A stretch of DNA of 58,818 nt, filler included, from Bipalium vagum (taxonomy: Eukaryota): assembly GCA_037834085.1 (NCBI GenBank). It is 3 parts of 3 records of this genome, joined end to end, with 100 filler letters (N's around TTAATTAATTAA, not from the genome) between each part and the next. Parts side by side here need not be neighbours in the genome. Positions count along the whole stretch, not along the records: positions 39,679 to 58,818 come from JBBMKC010009325.1; 2 more parts are not named here. One strand, 5' to 3'. This document shows positions 39,579 to 51,334 of this stretch, in pieces (positions within the stretch are counted from its first letter, which is position 1; each line of letters begins with the position of its first letter). A program made the translations under genes and the position numbers. The notes under the pieces are model-generated. The model had not been told where the DNA came from, made no database searches, and saw only the letters and a list, made by a program, of their open reading frames with translations.

Positions 39579-39678
39579 NNNNNNNNNNNNNNNNNNNNNN
39601 NNNNNNNNNNNNNNNNNNNNNNTTAATTAATTAANNNNNNNNNNNNNNNNNNNNNNNNNNNNNNNNNNNNNNNNNNNN
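39579..39678. other. Artificial assembly spacer N44-TTAATTAATTAA-N44
   Basis: Exactly 100 nt with a six-frame stop core. Confidence 0.97.
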
Positions 39679-39756
39679 TCCACTTGACTTTGATGGTAAC
39701 GGCACCTTTGTGGTTTTTGGAAGAGGGTTTTGAGGTTTTGGTCGTAGCCTCCACAT
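39679..39756 (-). CDS. Possible first exon of an unknown gene running into the gap (MWRLRPKPQNPLPKTTKVPLPSKSSG...)
   Basis: GC-enriched open stretch starting at an ATG; no recognisable homology. Confidence 0.3.
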
Positions 39757-40673
39757 ATATATTATCTTGTTTGATTCTAAATAATACATATCCATAAACA
39801 ATAAAACAATTTTCATTTACAATTAATAATGAAAAATCAATCGATAATTTAATTATTTAAGACCTTTTCCCGTCTTCCAAGTTTATCTAAATCTTTATTC
39901 CATTAATCACTAGATCAATCCTGAAAAATTAATTGATCCTTTTCTTGTTCTCCTCTTTCTTAAAAAGAGAAGCCTTTCATGAGATTACATGACAAGCGTA
40001 AAAGATCAACTTTTTGAATTTTTTTTTTGTTAGAAATTCTTTTGTAATTAAAATGTTTGAATATTTATTTTTTTCTTATTATTATCATTGTAAGGGTATT
40101 TTTAATCTAACCAGCTTTGATGAAACAGTTTAAAAGTGTATGAAATATTTAAGATCTTTGTGTTTAATTAAGATTTTATACATTTTACAACGTAGAGAAA
40201 GGGGTTCGGTTAATTTATATCTCTCAATTAGAATTATATGTTAGAATTTAATTTATGTTTAGTTTTTTATGAAAGTTAAGTTATCAAAATTAATTACATA
40301 TTACTTATGACCAGAAATATAATAGATTTTTTTATACTAATAATTACTTAAAGATTATATTATTTTAACATATAATCTTTAAGTAAAATTCATTATGAAA
40401 AATATGAATATAGAAGGATTACAAAGCAGATAATCTCATATTATCATATATACCTTGTTTTCCTTTCAATATTTTAGTTATTCAAAATCAAGGTTTTTAT
40501 AATATAAGTACTAAGTAATTTGTTAATTAAAACAATATGAATATCATAAAATATTTGAATAACACAAAGATTTAATAATAATTTCTGTGAATAATATATA
40601 TAAGAAATCCGAATCTAAATTCTGATAACATTATAAAATCTTTCACAAATTCAATAATTTATATTACGTCAAT

Positions 40674-41027
40674 ATGAAATCGACAGTGTCTTATTATAAT
40701 TCAGATATTGAATTTGATGGGGTTTCGGAAAGCGCTAGAACCTCAGGAGGAGGTGCTAAAAGGTTTAGAACAAATGACTCTACATTTTCCAGTTCTCAAA
40801 AAAGACCTCCTCCCAGAAGTCTTTCTAATATGCACTCATCATATCAAATAAAACAAAAGAATAATCCTGCGAGATCTTCAGAGGAGAAATGTAGTTGTTG
40901 CAGAAATTGTTTCAAGGGAATGTCTAAATCCCCTCTTCCTGAACCAAAAACTGAATTAGAAAAGGAAAGAGGTTATGTTACAATTATTACTATTCCTTCA
41001 AAACCAAAAGACATAAATAAAATGTGA
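40674..41027 (+). CDS. Hypothetical 117-aa basic, Ser-rich protein with a CSCCRNC cluster
   Basis: ATG-to-stop ORF, clearly more GC-rich than flanks, hydrophilic composition unlike random AT-rich ORFs, no TE motif. Confidence 0.5.
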   Translation: MKSTVSYYNSDIEFDGVSESARTSGGGAKRFRTNDSTFSSSQKRPPPRSLSNMHSSYQIKQKNNPARSSEEKCSCCRNCFKGMSKSPLPEPKTELEKERGYVTIITIPSKPKDINKM

Positions 41028-41599
41028 ATTATTTTTTAGTTCATCTGGATTTGCAAAAAAGTATATTTCAAAGCTTAATTGAGGTATGTTTAAAAAGACA
41101 GATAATTTTTGTACAAACACTGAAGATTTTTTCACCTTGATATGTCCTGAAAAATGAAACTGTCTCAACATGTAACTGCTGCTATTTTCGGTACAAAACA
41201 ACTCCTGTATTGGCTTATGAAAACAATTGCTCAGAACCAAATCTCCGAAATATATTTTTTAAAAATATTTCGTGATTTTACATTCAAACACCAGTTTTCA
41301 TATTTACTTTTGGATAAGAATATAAAATCTTAAAAATATTTATAAAATATTATTTTCTATAAGAAGTTGGTTAAAAATGTATTTAAGCTTGCGAAAAGTT
41401 AATTTCATAATATGATAAGTACATTGAAAATAGAAGTACACGTTTTTAAAATAAAGAGAAATGAACGTTTATATGAAAAATATTTTTGTGTAAAGATTAA
41501 TAATAATATCGCTAAATAGATACGGTTTGGCACGGTTTTGTTTTGATTATATTATTATAATTATTGTGTTATTCGGAAAGTCATCCAGCTTTTTTATGC

Positions 41600-42320
41600 C
41601 TATCTTTAAATCCTAATTTAAAGCACTTATACTATTTGAGCACTATTTTCGATGTCTTGAAATTTTTCATTATAGTTTAAAAATGCCTATATCATTCCTC
41701 AACAACTAAATGATATCAAAAGCATTTATATTCTTTTTAATTATGCAAATAAAATTCTTCAGTTTGAAGGATTACATACAGATAGGCAAATTATTTTCCT
41801 GGATGAAGCAGGTTTTAACGTGTCAATGAGACGTAAGTTTGGAAGATCTGTGATTGGGACAACTCTTACATCGACTGTCCCTGCTATTAAACGCGTAACT
41901 TGTCTGTATGTTGTGCAATATCAAAATACAGAATAATTTTTCATAAAGAATCATTATTACCATATAATGGAGACTCGTTTCTTAAATATATCAATGAATT
42001 CACGTGGAAGATTTGAAAAATGCGTGATTATAATGGATAATGTTCCATTTCACAAAAGAATTTCTGTTTCTGAAACGTTTTCAGAGAATAGTCATATTTT
42101 ATCATTTTTCCCCCAATATTCATATTTCTCAATTCTATTGAGAATATGTTTTCCAAGTGGAAAAATTCTGTTAGAGTTTCTTCACCAAAGAATGAGGAAG
42201 ATCTTTTTTTCGCAATTCATAATGGAATGGTGACAATATCAAGTGATGACTTCGTAGGGTATTATTGAAATATGAAAAGATATATCCGGTTATCTCTTAC
42301 TAGAAAAATTATTACTAAGT
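41600..42320 (+). mobile_element. IS630/Tc1-superfamily (DDE_3) transposase pseudogene
   Basis: IIFLDEAGFNVSMRRKFGRS, VIIMDNVPFHK, PQYS..., IENMFSKWK in broken frames. Confidence 0.8.
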
Positions 42321-42499
42321 AACTTTGTATGTACTTTCCCTATGTTATCCATTTAAAAAACTAAAAATACAGTCTGATACATGTATATAGTATCTTTAAG
42401 TATATACATTTAAGTATTAAATAGAGCCGAAAATCCTGTAAGTCATTTTAAAGGTATAAAATTTAGGTCTATTATAAATTATGTTAAATTGATTCATTT

Positions 42500-43450
42500 G
42501 TTTTAACTTATTATATTGAAAGGGAAAAATGAGCAAAAGCCCAGCGAAAATTATGTGCCGTATATAACTAAGATCGTATCGCATACGTCAATGTCAAATT
42601 TAGTTTTCCAGGTTTTGTTTGGGAAAAATCGAGCTTGGAGACAAACCACGTAACGGAAGGCCGCTGGAGGCTGAGGATGAGAAAATAAAGATGTTGGTAA
42701 AAGAAAATCTGACTTTGACAACTGGGGAAATTGGAAAGACAAAAGACAACCTTGCAAATTCAACAGTCCACACTCCATTGAAATCAATTGAATATGCCTC
42801 AAAGTTTGATGTTTTTGTTCCTCACTGTTTAACAGAAACAAATCTTAATCATCGTGTTGAGATATGCGATTTGCTACTGAAATGATCCATTTCTGAAAAG
42901 AATCATGACGGGCGATGAAAATTAGATTAACTGCCACAATTTCAGACGGAAGTGGTCATAGTACAAAAGTGATGAATCCCCACAGACCATAGCCAAACCA
43001 AAAGGCAGTGATGCTTTTTGTTTGATCGGATTAGCAGAGAGTAATTTTTTAAACTGCTACCAGAAAAAAATCGATAAATTCTGAGATTTACTGTAACCAA
43101 CTGGACAAATTAAATGAAGATTTGAAGCTTAGGAGGCCAGTATTGACGAGGAGAAAGAAGCCAGTATTTCACCATGACAATGCAGACCTCGTAAAAGTTT
43201 GATGACTCAGCAGAAATTGATGACTCTTTGCTGAGATATCCTACCACATTTACCAAATCTGGCCCTGTTAGATTTTCATTCCCAAGAAAATTCTTTGATT
43301 GGGGGACTTTGGCATTCTGATGAGGATGTCCACAAGTACCTGACGCAGTTCTACGTCAATAAAATGAAGAAGTTTTATACGAATGGGATATTCAAATACC
43401 TGATAGATGGCAGAAGGTCTTCGAACAAGTGACAATACATAATTGATTAA
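42500..43450 (+). mobile_element. mariner (DD34D) transposase pseudogene, near full length
   Basis: DKPRNGRP, FVPHCLT, FLKRIMTGDE, YCNQLDKL, VFHHDNA, RWQKV. Confidence 0.88.
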
Positions 43451-44227
43451 AATATTTACTACTAAAAAAACTTTTGATCTTACTTTATACTAAAAAATGC
43501 GAACTTAAATAAATATAAATAAAAATATTTTAAAGGTGAAATAAAATTTGAAAATTTTTATTATTTGATATTAAGTTATTAATATTTAGCTAATAATTTA
43601 TTAGAAAGGTAGCATTACTCATCACGGCTACATGTATAATGATGTTACAAATGTTATGTGGTTATAATGTAAATAAAATAGTTTTAATTTCAGAAATTCA
43701 ACTAGTCAATCATACCCAAAAATAGAAAATATGTTCAATATTTTTCAATATGAAGCAAAAAAAAATCAACTACTTAATCGAAAAAGTGCTTTAAAATCAC
43801 ATACTTTGTATAAGTAGTTAAATTTTGAAAATAAATTTAAACAGAAAATCATATACAATTACTCCAATAATTATCAGTACAATTATATATAAATGTTTGA
43901 AATATAAATTTCTTAAGAAAATCAAAGGTTATTAAAAAAGTTTTGGCGTTTATAATACTATCATTATTAATGTGTTTATTTATAAAGGTTGATGTAGATT
44001 TTTAATAATGAAAATTTCAAAGTTTTCTAAATTAGAATTTTTCTGATTATTAATATACAATAATTATCCGTACGATCTTAATCTTTTAAGGAAATAGCAT
44101 TATATTTATGTTAAATCTTTAAAAAAATATTGTTTAAACGTTTTATTTGTAGGAGATTTTTAATTTTTAAACCTTTACAAGGTTTTTATAGTATTTCTAA
44201 ATCTATTTCCAGAAATTGATTATTTGA

Positions 44228-44920
44228 ATGGGTCCAAAGACCAAAAGATTATTCTAAAGACTTACGAAATCTAGTTGTTACATTGAGAAAAGAAAAATTT
44301 AGACTTGACCAAATATCAGACATTTTTAAATTTCCAAAATTTAGCGTCCAGTATAATTTGGAAGATTTTTCTCGTGAAAGCAGCGTAAGTACTAGTACAA
44401 GACTAGGAAGACCAGGACTAACAGCAATCAAAGAAGATAGAAAAATTCAAAGAATTATGAAAAAAAATCGGAGGATAACAGCTGAAAAAGTAAGCATAGA
44501 AATTAAAAAAACAATGGCATGTCAATTACCCGCCAGCTGTGAGAAATCGTTTTTCAGAGATAGGTTTTCATAGGAGGATGGCAATAAAGTACCATTAATT
44601 TCAAAGAATAATCGGAAAATTTATTTTACATGGGTCAAAGATTTTCTGAATCATTCAACTGACTGGAATAAAGTCCTTTGGTCTGACGAATGTAAAATTA
44701 ACGTTTTTTGGTCGGATGGAAGGGTTAATGTTTGGCAAAACCGGGAGAAGAAATCATATTAGAGTGGCTTAATTCGACGGTAAAGCTCGGTAATGGACCG
44801 GTTATAATGTGGGGATGTTTTTCAAGTTGCGGAGTTGGAAATTTAGTCTTCTTCGATGGAATAATGTATAAGCAAGATTATTTTAAAATTTTAAGAGATA
44901 GTTTGTTGAAATCTGCCCAT
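44228..44920 (+). mobile_element. Tc1 transposase pseudogene, 5' two-thirds
   Basis: MGPKTKDYSKDLR, GRPGLT...EDRKI, WNKVLWSDECK, TVKLGNGPVIMWGCFS. Confidence 0.85.
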
Positions 44921-45039
44921 CACTATTACTATCTTTTATGAAACATAAAAGAAAACAATTATTGCAATATCTCAGTATTCTTCAGAAACTGTAACGAATT
45001 TTTTTTTGATAAATTCTTATAGATTCAGTGATGGAATAA

Positions 45040-45345
45040 ATTTCCTAGTGGAGAAAAATGAATCAAAATTTAGCAAAAGAAAATATAATTGTTGAAAATG
45101 TTGAAAGAATGCCAGAACGGAAAGGTATTTCTGAAAGTAATAGAAAAAAAAGAAAGCTAAATTATGGCTAAGTTAAATTTCTACACTTGTGGAACCCGGT
45201 TCGATTATATATACCAATGGTTGCAGAGGTTACAATACGATCGAAACTTGGCTTAATATAGAACATAGTGTGGTGAACCATTCATTACATCTTGTTAATC
45301 AAGATAATAATCACCACACTAATACAGTAGAAGTATTAAAATACA
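45040..45345 (+). mobile_element. Merlin (IS1016/IS1595-related) transposase fragment
   Basis: ESKFSKRKYN, then VEPGSIIYTNGCRGY...HSVVNHS..VNQ...HTNTVE, matching Merlin I.TD.W.GY / VNHS / HTN.IE. Confidence 0.75.
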
Positions 45346-45527
45346 AATATCCGTACGCAACAAAACATCTCATTTATTCATTTGAAAGTGAAAAAATGAT
45401 AATGATTATGGAGTGCAATAATATCAATGTTAAAAAGTAAACAAATGATCTTAATTCATGATCTTAAAAATTTTAAGTATTTTTTAATCTTTGTTACAAT
45501 CTATAATTGTATCCCTGAAGAGAACTA

Positions 45528-46098
45528 CAGTAACCGCCCGATAAAAGCAATAAAATGAACCAAATAAATTTCTTATATCGAAAAAATTGCTTTTATCAAA
45601 TTTTTATTTTTGAATAAAAAAAACACGTATAAAACTAGCAATTAATATAATATTTTTTCACTACAACCTTCTCTCGAATTATAAGCAATAAAAGCATCTT
45701 ATTGATCGAAATATTATTATTTTCAACAGTATTGAATGAGTTAATTACATTTCGTACCTGCAGCAGTTTTTTCAAAATAGGTAACATTTGTTTTATTGTG
45801 AAGACTTTTATAGACTAAACCAGTTTCATCACACTTATATATCTGTTTTGGTACAAATTCGTTTTCTGAGATAATCTTTTTAAAGTCATTTATAAGCAGA
45901 ATGACTGATTCGGCATTACATGATAGTTTCTCACTCGATAGTTGCAAAATTCGTATACTAAAACGATTTTTAAATTTTGTAAGCCATCCATCACTTGCAC
46001 TGAAAACATCCGATTATTTCTTAGAATTATTAATAAATAAATTAATAAATTTTAATTTATTGCTTATATCGAAAATTGCTTACATCGAGCGGTTACTG
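45528..46098 (-). mobile_element. Internally deleted pogo/Tigger (CENP-B-related) DNA transposon, 571 bp
   Basis: TIRs CAGTAACCGCCCGATAAAAGCAA / TTGCTTACATCGAGCGGTTACTG, TA at both ends; FSASDGWLTKFKNRF and QIYKCDETGL peptides. Confidence 0.9.
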
Positions 46099-46475
46099 TA
46101 TTAACATTCTAATGACAAAAGATTATTAAAAAGTTTGAAAATATATAAATAAAATATAAAAAAAAATATCAATAGCCTGTTTAAACAAAATGAAGCAAAC
46201 CGAATTTCAACTAAAAATAGTTTTGATAAAATTCACCTTTATTTTATAAAAAAAAAAGCATAATAATATGAAATTTCTGAAAAATATTTTTATAACCAAA
46301 TAATAAAAACTTGAAGATATTGAATAGAGTTTATAAAGTATGAATTTGAGAACAGATTAACGAATTGGCCTACGTAAATTATGTAATTTGTTGGGTTTGA
46401 AGAATAATAATAATAATAATAAAATTTTGTTTTAAAAAAGGAAAAATTTTTTAGTTGAAATTTCATTAATTTTTT

Positions 46476-46905
46476 ATGAGCAAGATCCCGCCGTGGGGAT
46501 TTTTCATGAGATCAGGCTAATGGATTTCCTGACAGGAATCCATCAGCCTCGATAGGAGACTATCTCGGCGAGGAGATAGTGAGTGGCTATTAGTGAAAAA
46601 TAGCCGACTCTAAGCGTAGGGATTGGTGATCGTAGACCAATCTCTACGCCTATAAAAGGAGACGGCTCTACCCATTAATGGCCAGAAAAAGTTGAAATCA
46701 AAAGAAAACCGAAAAAATCCAGAAAAGCAGGGTTTCAAAGTCGAAGACGAAACCCCGACGTAATCATTGATGATGTAGCCGGATTTATTCTCAATTATGC
46801 AACCGAATTTTTACTAGGGGACCCAGCGAGCTTGTAAACCCCTAGGCGACCTGAGAAGGGCCTAGAGGGTGACCCGGGGATCCCTTATCGCTCTTGGTGA
46901 GACCG
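46476..46905 (+). other. GC-rich island of tandem hairpins with TATA box; probable LTR/retroelement terminal region or structured ncRNA
   Basis: At least 7 inverted repeats; TATAAAA at 46651; AATAAA at 47053. Confidence 0.5.
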
Positions 46906-48240
46906 TTTATTATTTTTGTTTAAATTTTTCAATTTATTATTAATTTATTATTAATAATTCGATTTCAGCATTAACGTGATTTTATTTTACCCTTAATAAC
47001 GTTTTTTTGTGATTTGAATCGATTTAACAATTGTAATTGTTGTATTAGTACAAATAAAGTTTTATTTTAAATATTTCGAATTGGTTCTTAAGGGTGCGGA
47101 TACAGTATTGTGGAGGTTGTTTTAAATTCAAAAGGGTTAAGAGGAATTACGAACAAAACGAGTTAAAAAAATTAAGGAGTCACGAGCAGATGTTGCTGCG
47201 TTTTAGTATAATAGCAACAAATTAATAATTCTAGATTTTTTTTAGAAATTGAATCTAAACAATCAAACAATCTCTAAATCAAAGAAGGACTTTATATGCA
47301 CCAGAGCAACCGTATCCTGCATTTTGAAAAGCATTTAATCGATCTATATATCGATCTATATATTACATGTGATATGTTGAAGTTATAATGCAGTTTGCAA
47401 CATCGCGAGTAACTGTTGTAAAAATGAATGTAGGTTAAAAGACTGGGATGATTAGTAAATTTGATTACTCTAAAATGTAGTCCACACAAGATAGGACGTG
47501 TAACATGTATCAAATACATAAATTTTAGAGGCTATCAAAATATGTCTACTAATCAATTACACATACGTTAATATTTTGTATGTAGTCTGTTAGATCTTCT
47601 TTTATATTCATTAATAAAACGGATTCTAATTCAATAAGTATTTATTTAAAGAAAAGCATTATATAATTTCTAATTATTTTAATTATTAAACATAATTATA
47701 TAGCTACGTGTGAATTATTTTGTTAAAATTTATGTTAAAATAAGAATTTATTCTATATTGTAATTATATTCTAAATATATAATATTACTTTAGGATTATG
47801 ACGTCACCCTAATAATTGGTACCGTTAACCAGATGCCACCTGCAAAGTTCTAGTCCTTTCCATTATGTAAATTCTTCTTATGGAAAATAGGAAAATTGAG
47901 GCAATCTCGTTTTAATAAACATAAGTGTGAATTCATGCATGGTTAATCTCTAACAGGAAAATGCTAGATGAATATCATTATTGAAGGTGGATAACAAGAC
48001 CTCTGCTCCCATTGTCATTACCATCATTTTCAAATCAAATTGGGTCGTACTTTTACAAAATTTAAGAGAAAGACTAAGATATTAATAATAAAAGATATTT
48101 TGTATGCTGGTTGGAAGACTTTCATGGTTTTATTTAATTTATTAAATTTTAATTTTCTTTATTATAATTAATAAAATATTAAAGTAGTTTTAAAGTTATT
48201 TATTAAAATTCAAGAATTATTATATACATATTATATTATA

Positions 48241-49029
48241 TACTGGTCGACATAATTATTTATACTTTATATCAATTTATATCAACTTTATATCAACACC
48301 ACCTCCTTTTTGTCTTCGCTGATGGGATATAACTTTTTTCCCGGCACTGTATGTAAACACAATTTTCATTTTCATGCATTAAAATAATATTGCAATAATA
48401 TTTTACCAATTATCGGGACCATATAAAAAGAACTGCTTTTCGTCAACAAAAGCAGTATTTTCCCATACAATATTTGTGGATATCCATGAAGATGCTTTAA
48501 AAATTCTGTCATCTTTATGTTTAGTAAATAATATGATACGTTGTGCTTCCTTTTGGTAATGGAAATCATGTCTCTGCAACCATCTGGAAACAGTTCTTGT
48601 AGAGACTGTTAAATTATTATTTCTAAGAATGGTGTTGACATTCACCTTAATACCTGTTAGTGAAAAAACTTTTTGATAATTAATTAAATTTTGAATGGCA
48701 GATTTCGTTAATCCTAAAATCTTTCCAATTTCTGTATATGTCTTGCTATTTTTTCTTAATTCAATTGTCGTTCTCATAATTTCTTTAGAATACATCTATT
48801 TAAAGTTTGAATTTAATTATCAAAATTACTTACGGTATAAATAATTATGTCCTTTAAATTCTTAGCATAAATTCTAAATAATGCAAATTATATAAACCAA
48901 AGAATTATAATTAACTTATTTGAATATCCTTAACAAATAAATACATCAAATTATCATATTCATTTTTATAAAAGTAAACAGTTAATTAACATTTTTTAAT
49001 CGTAGTATAAATAATTATGTCAACCAGTA
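48241..49029 (-). mobile_element. Internally deleted Tc1-family element related to 36787-38176
   Basis: TIRs TACTGGTCGACATAATTATTTATAC / GTATAAATAATTATGTCAACCAGTA, TA flanks, inner DR near 48835; ORF 48403..48795 with HTH and FVDEKQF. Confidence 0.88.
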
Positions 49030-49593
49030 TATATTATATGTATATTGATAATGATATATAAATGCTATGGATTGAAAGATTTAGGTTAATTTATATGTTA
49101 GGTCGATGTTTAATTTTTTATCTTTCCCAGACATACTTGTTTAAAAAACTAAGAAAATCCTGACTGTCAGTGCAAAATTTTTTAAATTTAAGCAAATTTT
49201 AACTTGTGCAATATGTAAACCAGGAAAAATGTAAATCTTATTACATTTTATAAAGATGAGTAACTGCACAGCATATGAGTGATGTACCTTTTTATTTACC
49301 ACTTTCAGAATTTATGAATTTTTATGAAAAGAATTTATTTCTTTTAATGCAGAATAAATTAAATTATTTAAAATTTTATGTTATCTAATTCGTTTGTTTC
49401 AACTTATTTTATTGTCGTTTTTTAAATTTTTACTAGTTTCTAGTAGAAATACATCCTGGATTATTATTTTTCATAATTAATTTCAAATAACATTATTTTA
49501 TTTACCTTATAAAATGTATTAATTAAAATTAATATGTATTGAAATCATGTGCCTTAAGCTAATTCCATCTTCAAATTAACTATTATTTTATAA

Positions 49594-51334
49594 ATGGACG
49601 ATAAAAATATTGTAACAAATGAAATTTGCGAAGTTACAACACTATCCCTAGTTGATTCATCAGAGAAAAGCAAAGTTACTGATAATATTTACGTTGGAAG
49701 TACTATAACGATAAGAGGTTTGACTTAATGATTTTTCAATAATTATTTAATTTATTGTAGATATTAGACCCACTATTACGAAATCAGAATCAGTAGTAAG
49801 CTCAATTTTGAAATATTTTTAAATTATTGAAGGTATATAACACATAATGCCTAATTATATAAGATAATAAAGGTTTTAGTGAATAAAGAATCATTAAATT
49901 GATGTTTTATTTAATAATAATTATTATTGGCAATATTTATTATCATTGTTTTATTTAGTATACAATTTTTTCGTATTTTAATCACACCCACACAATTAAT
50001 CAATAAATAAAGTTTTGATTTTTATCATTTATATCTTATGAATCTAAAAAATAAATAAGCAAATGACTTGAATAAACGTCTACATCTTATTAGACGGTAA
50101 TATTAACTTTTAACTCATTTAATATGTATTTTTTTCGGTCCATTGAATTTTTGGTGCATCTCTTTTAAATTATTAGTGGTGAAGTACTAATTTTAATATT
50201 TCTAAATTCTTTCATGGAATTCTATGTAATCAAAAACCATTTAGGACTGCTGAATTATTTTAAAATGTTTTTTTAACCTGAAACCACAAAAATTAATCTT
50301 TTATTCTGATTGTCCTTCATGTTGAGGAATGCCTTTTCAACGAATTAAATAATAGCTGAAAAATAATGATAAAAGTGGTTTAAGTGAGAAGAAAATCATT
50401 ATTGCAAATTATCCTTTCGGATTTACATTTTTGCAATATCAGTTTTATATATATATATATGTAAAAATTGTCTTATTTGATTTTAATTGATTTATTAATA
50501 AAAAAAATTTTTATTAACTTCATGCTTATAATTTTTGTGCAGACAAAATTTCTACTGGAACCCGCAAGAAATCATTCTTCTAATGGAAGGGGAGTCATCT
50601 CGAACAAAAAAGAACAGAGTAAGCGCAAGAAATTTAGGGAACCGGGCGTTATTAATCAATATCCGGCGTCAGATATTCCGAATAATATAGGCGACAAATC
50701 TGTGGACAAGCTGACCGATTATGTAAATGGCAGAGATGAAAAAAGTTCCGGCAAGTATATCAAAACGGAAAAGAAAATGAAGAATTTAGCTGCAAACAGA
50801 AAAAATGAAAATGATAAAAAGCAAAATGAAAATCTGTTGAAATTTAAGCATTCCATCGATGGATCCGAAATTGAAATACAGAATGAAGTTAAGGTTTACG
50901 AAGAATCTTTGGACAATATTATTGAACCAAAAGAACCGATTTGTGATTCTGAAGCATTGAGTGCGAAAATCTACAACAAAATTACTCCTAACGAGTCCAC
51001 TAAAGAGACGGAACACAATAGTGTCATTCCTGATAATATATCCGGGAATGAAGATGACGATGATGACTTTTATCAAGTAGTCCGACGTAAGACAAGAAAT
51101 AAAACCAAATTTGTTCGACAAACCAATTCTGAAATAAAAAGGCCTATATCCAATTTTGAAGCTAAAAATAATATAAAATGTAACAAAAATTTTGCAAATA
51201 CCTCCACAAAGGACAGTGAAAATGAATCCATTTCTAAAAATTTCCAAATTATTAATGTGAATGACAAGCAAATTCTGAACTGGTTCATTTATCAGCTGTG
51301 GCTTGAGTTTCAGAATAAGCATGACAAATGTTAG
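49594..51334 (+). CDS. Hypothetical multi-exon protein, join(49594..49717,49761..49795,50543..51334), about 316 aa, low-complexity K/N/E-rich; may continue via a donor at 51330
   Basis: ATG at 49594; 43-nt GT-AG intron; gtaag donor at 49796; tgcag acceptor at 50542 is in frame with the 288-aa ORF. Confidence 0.65.

Noticed and set aside
50786-51322. 178-aa and 71-aa minus-strand ORFs
   Set aside because: Antisense shadows of the + strand coding exon, with I/F-rich composition.
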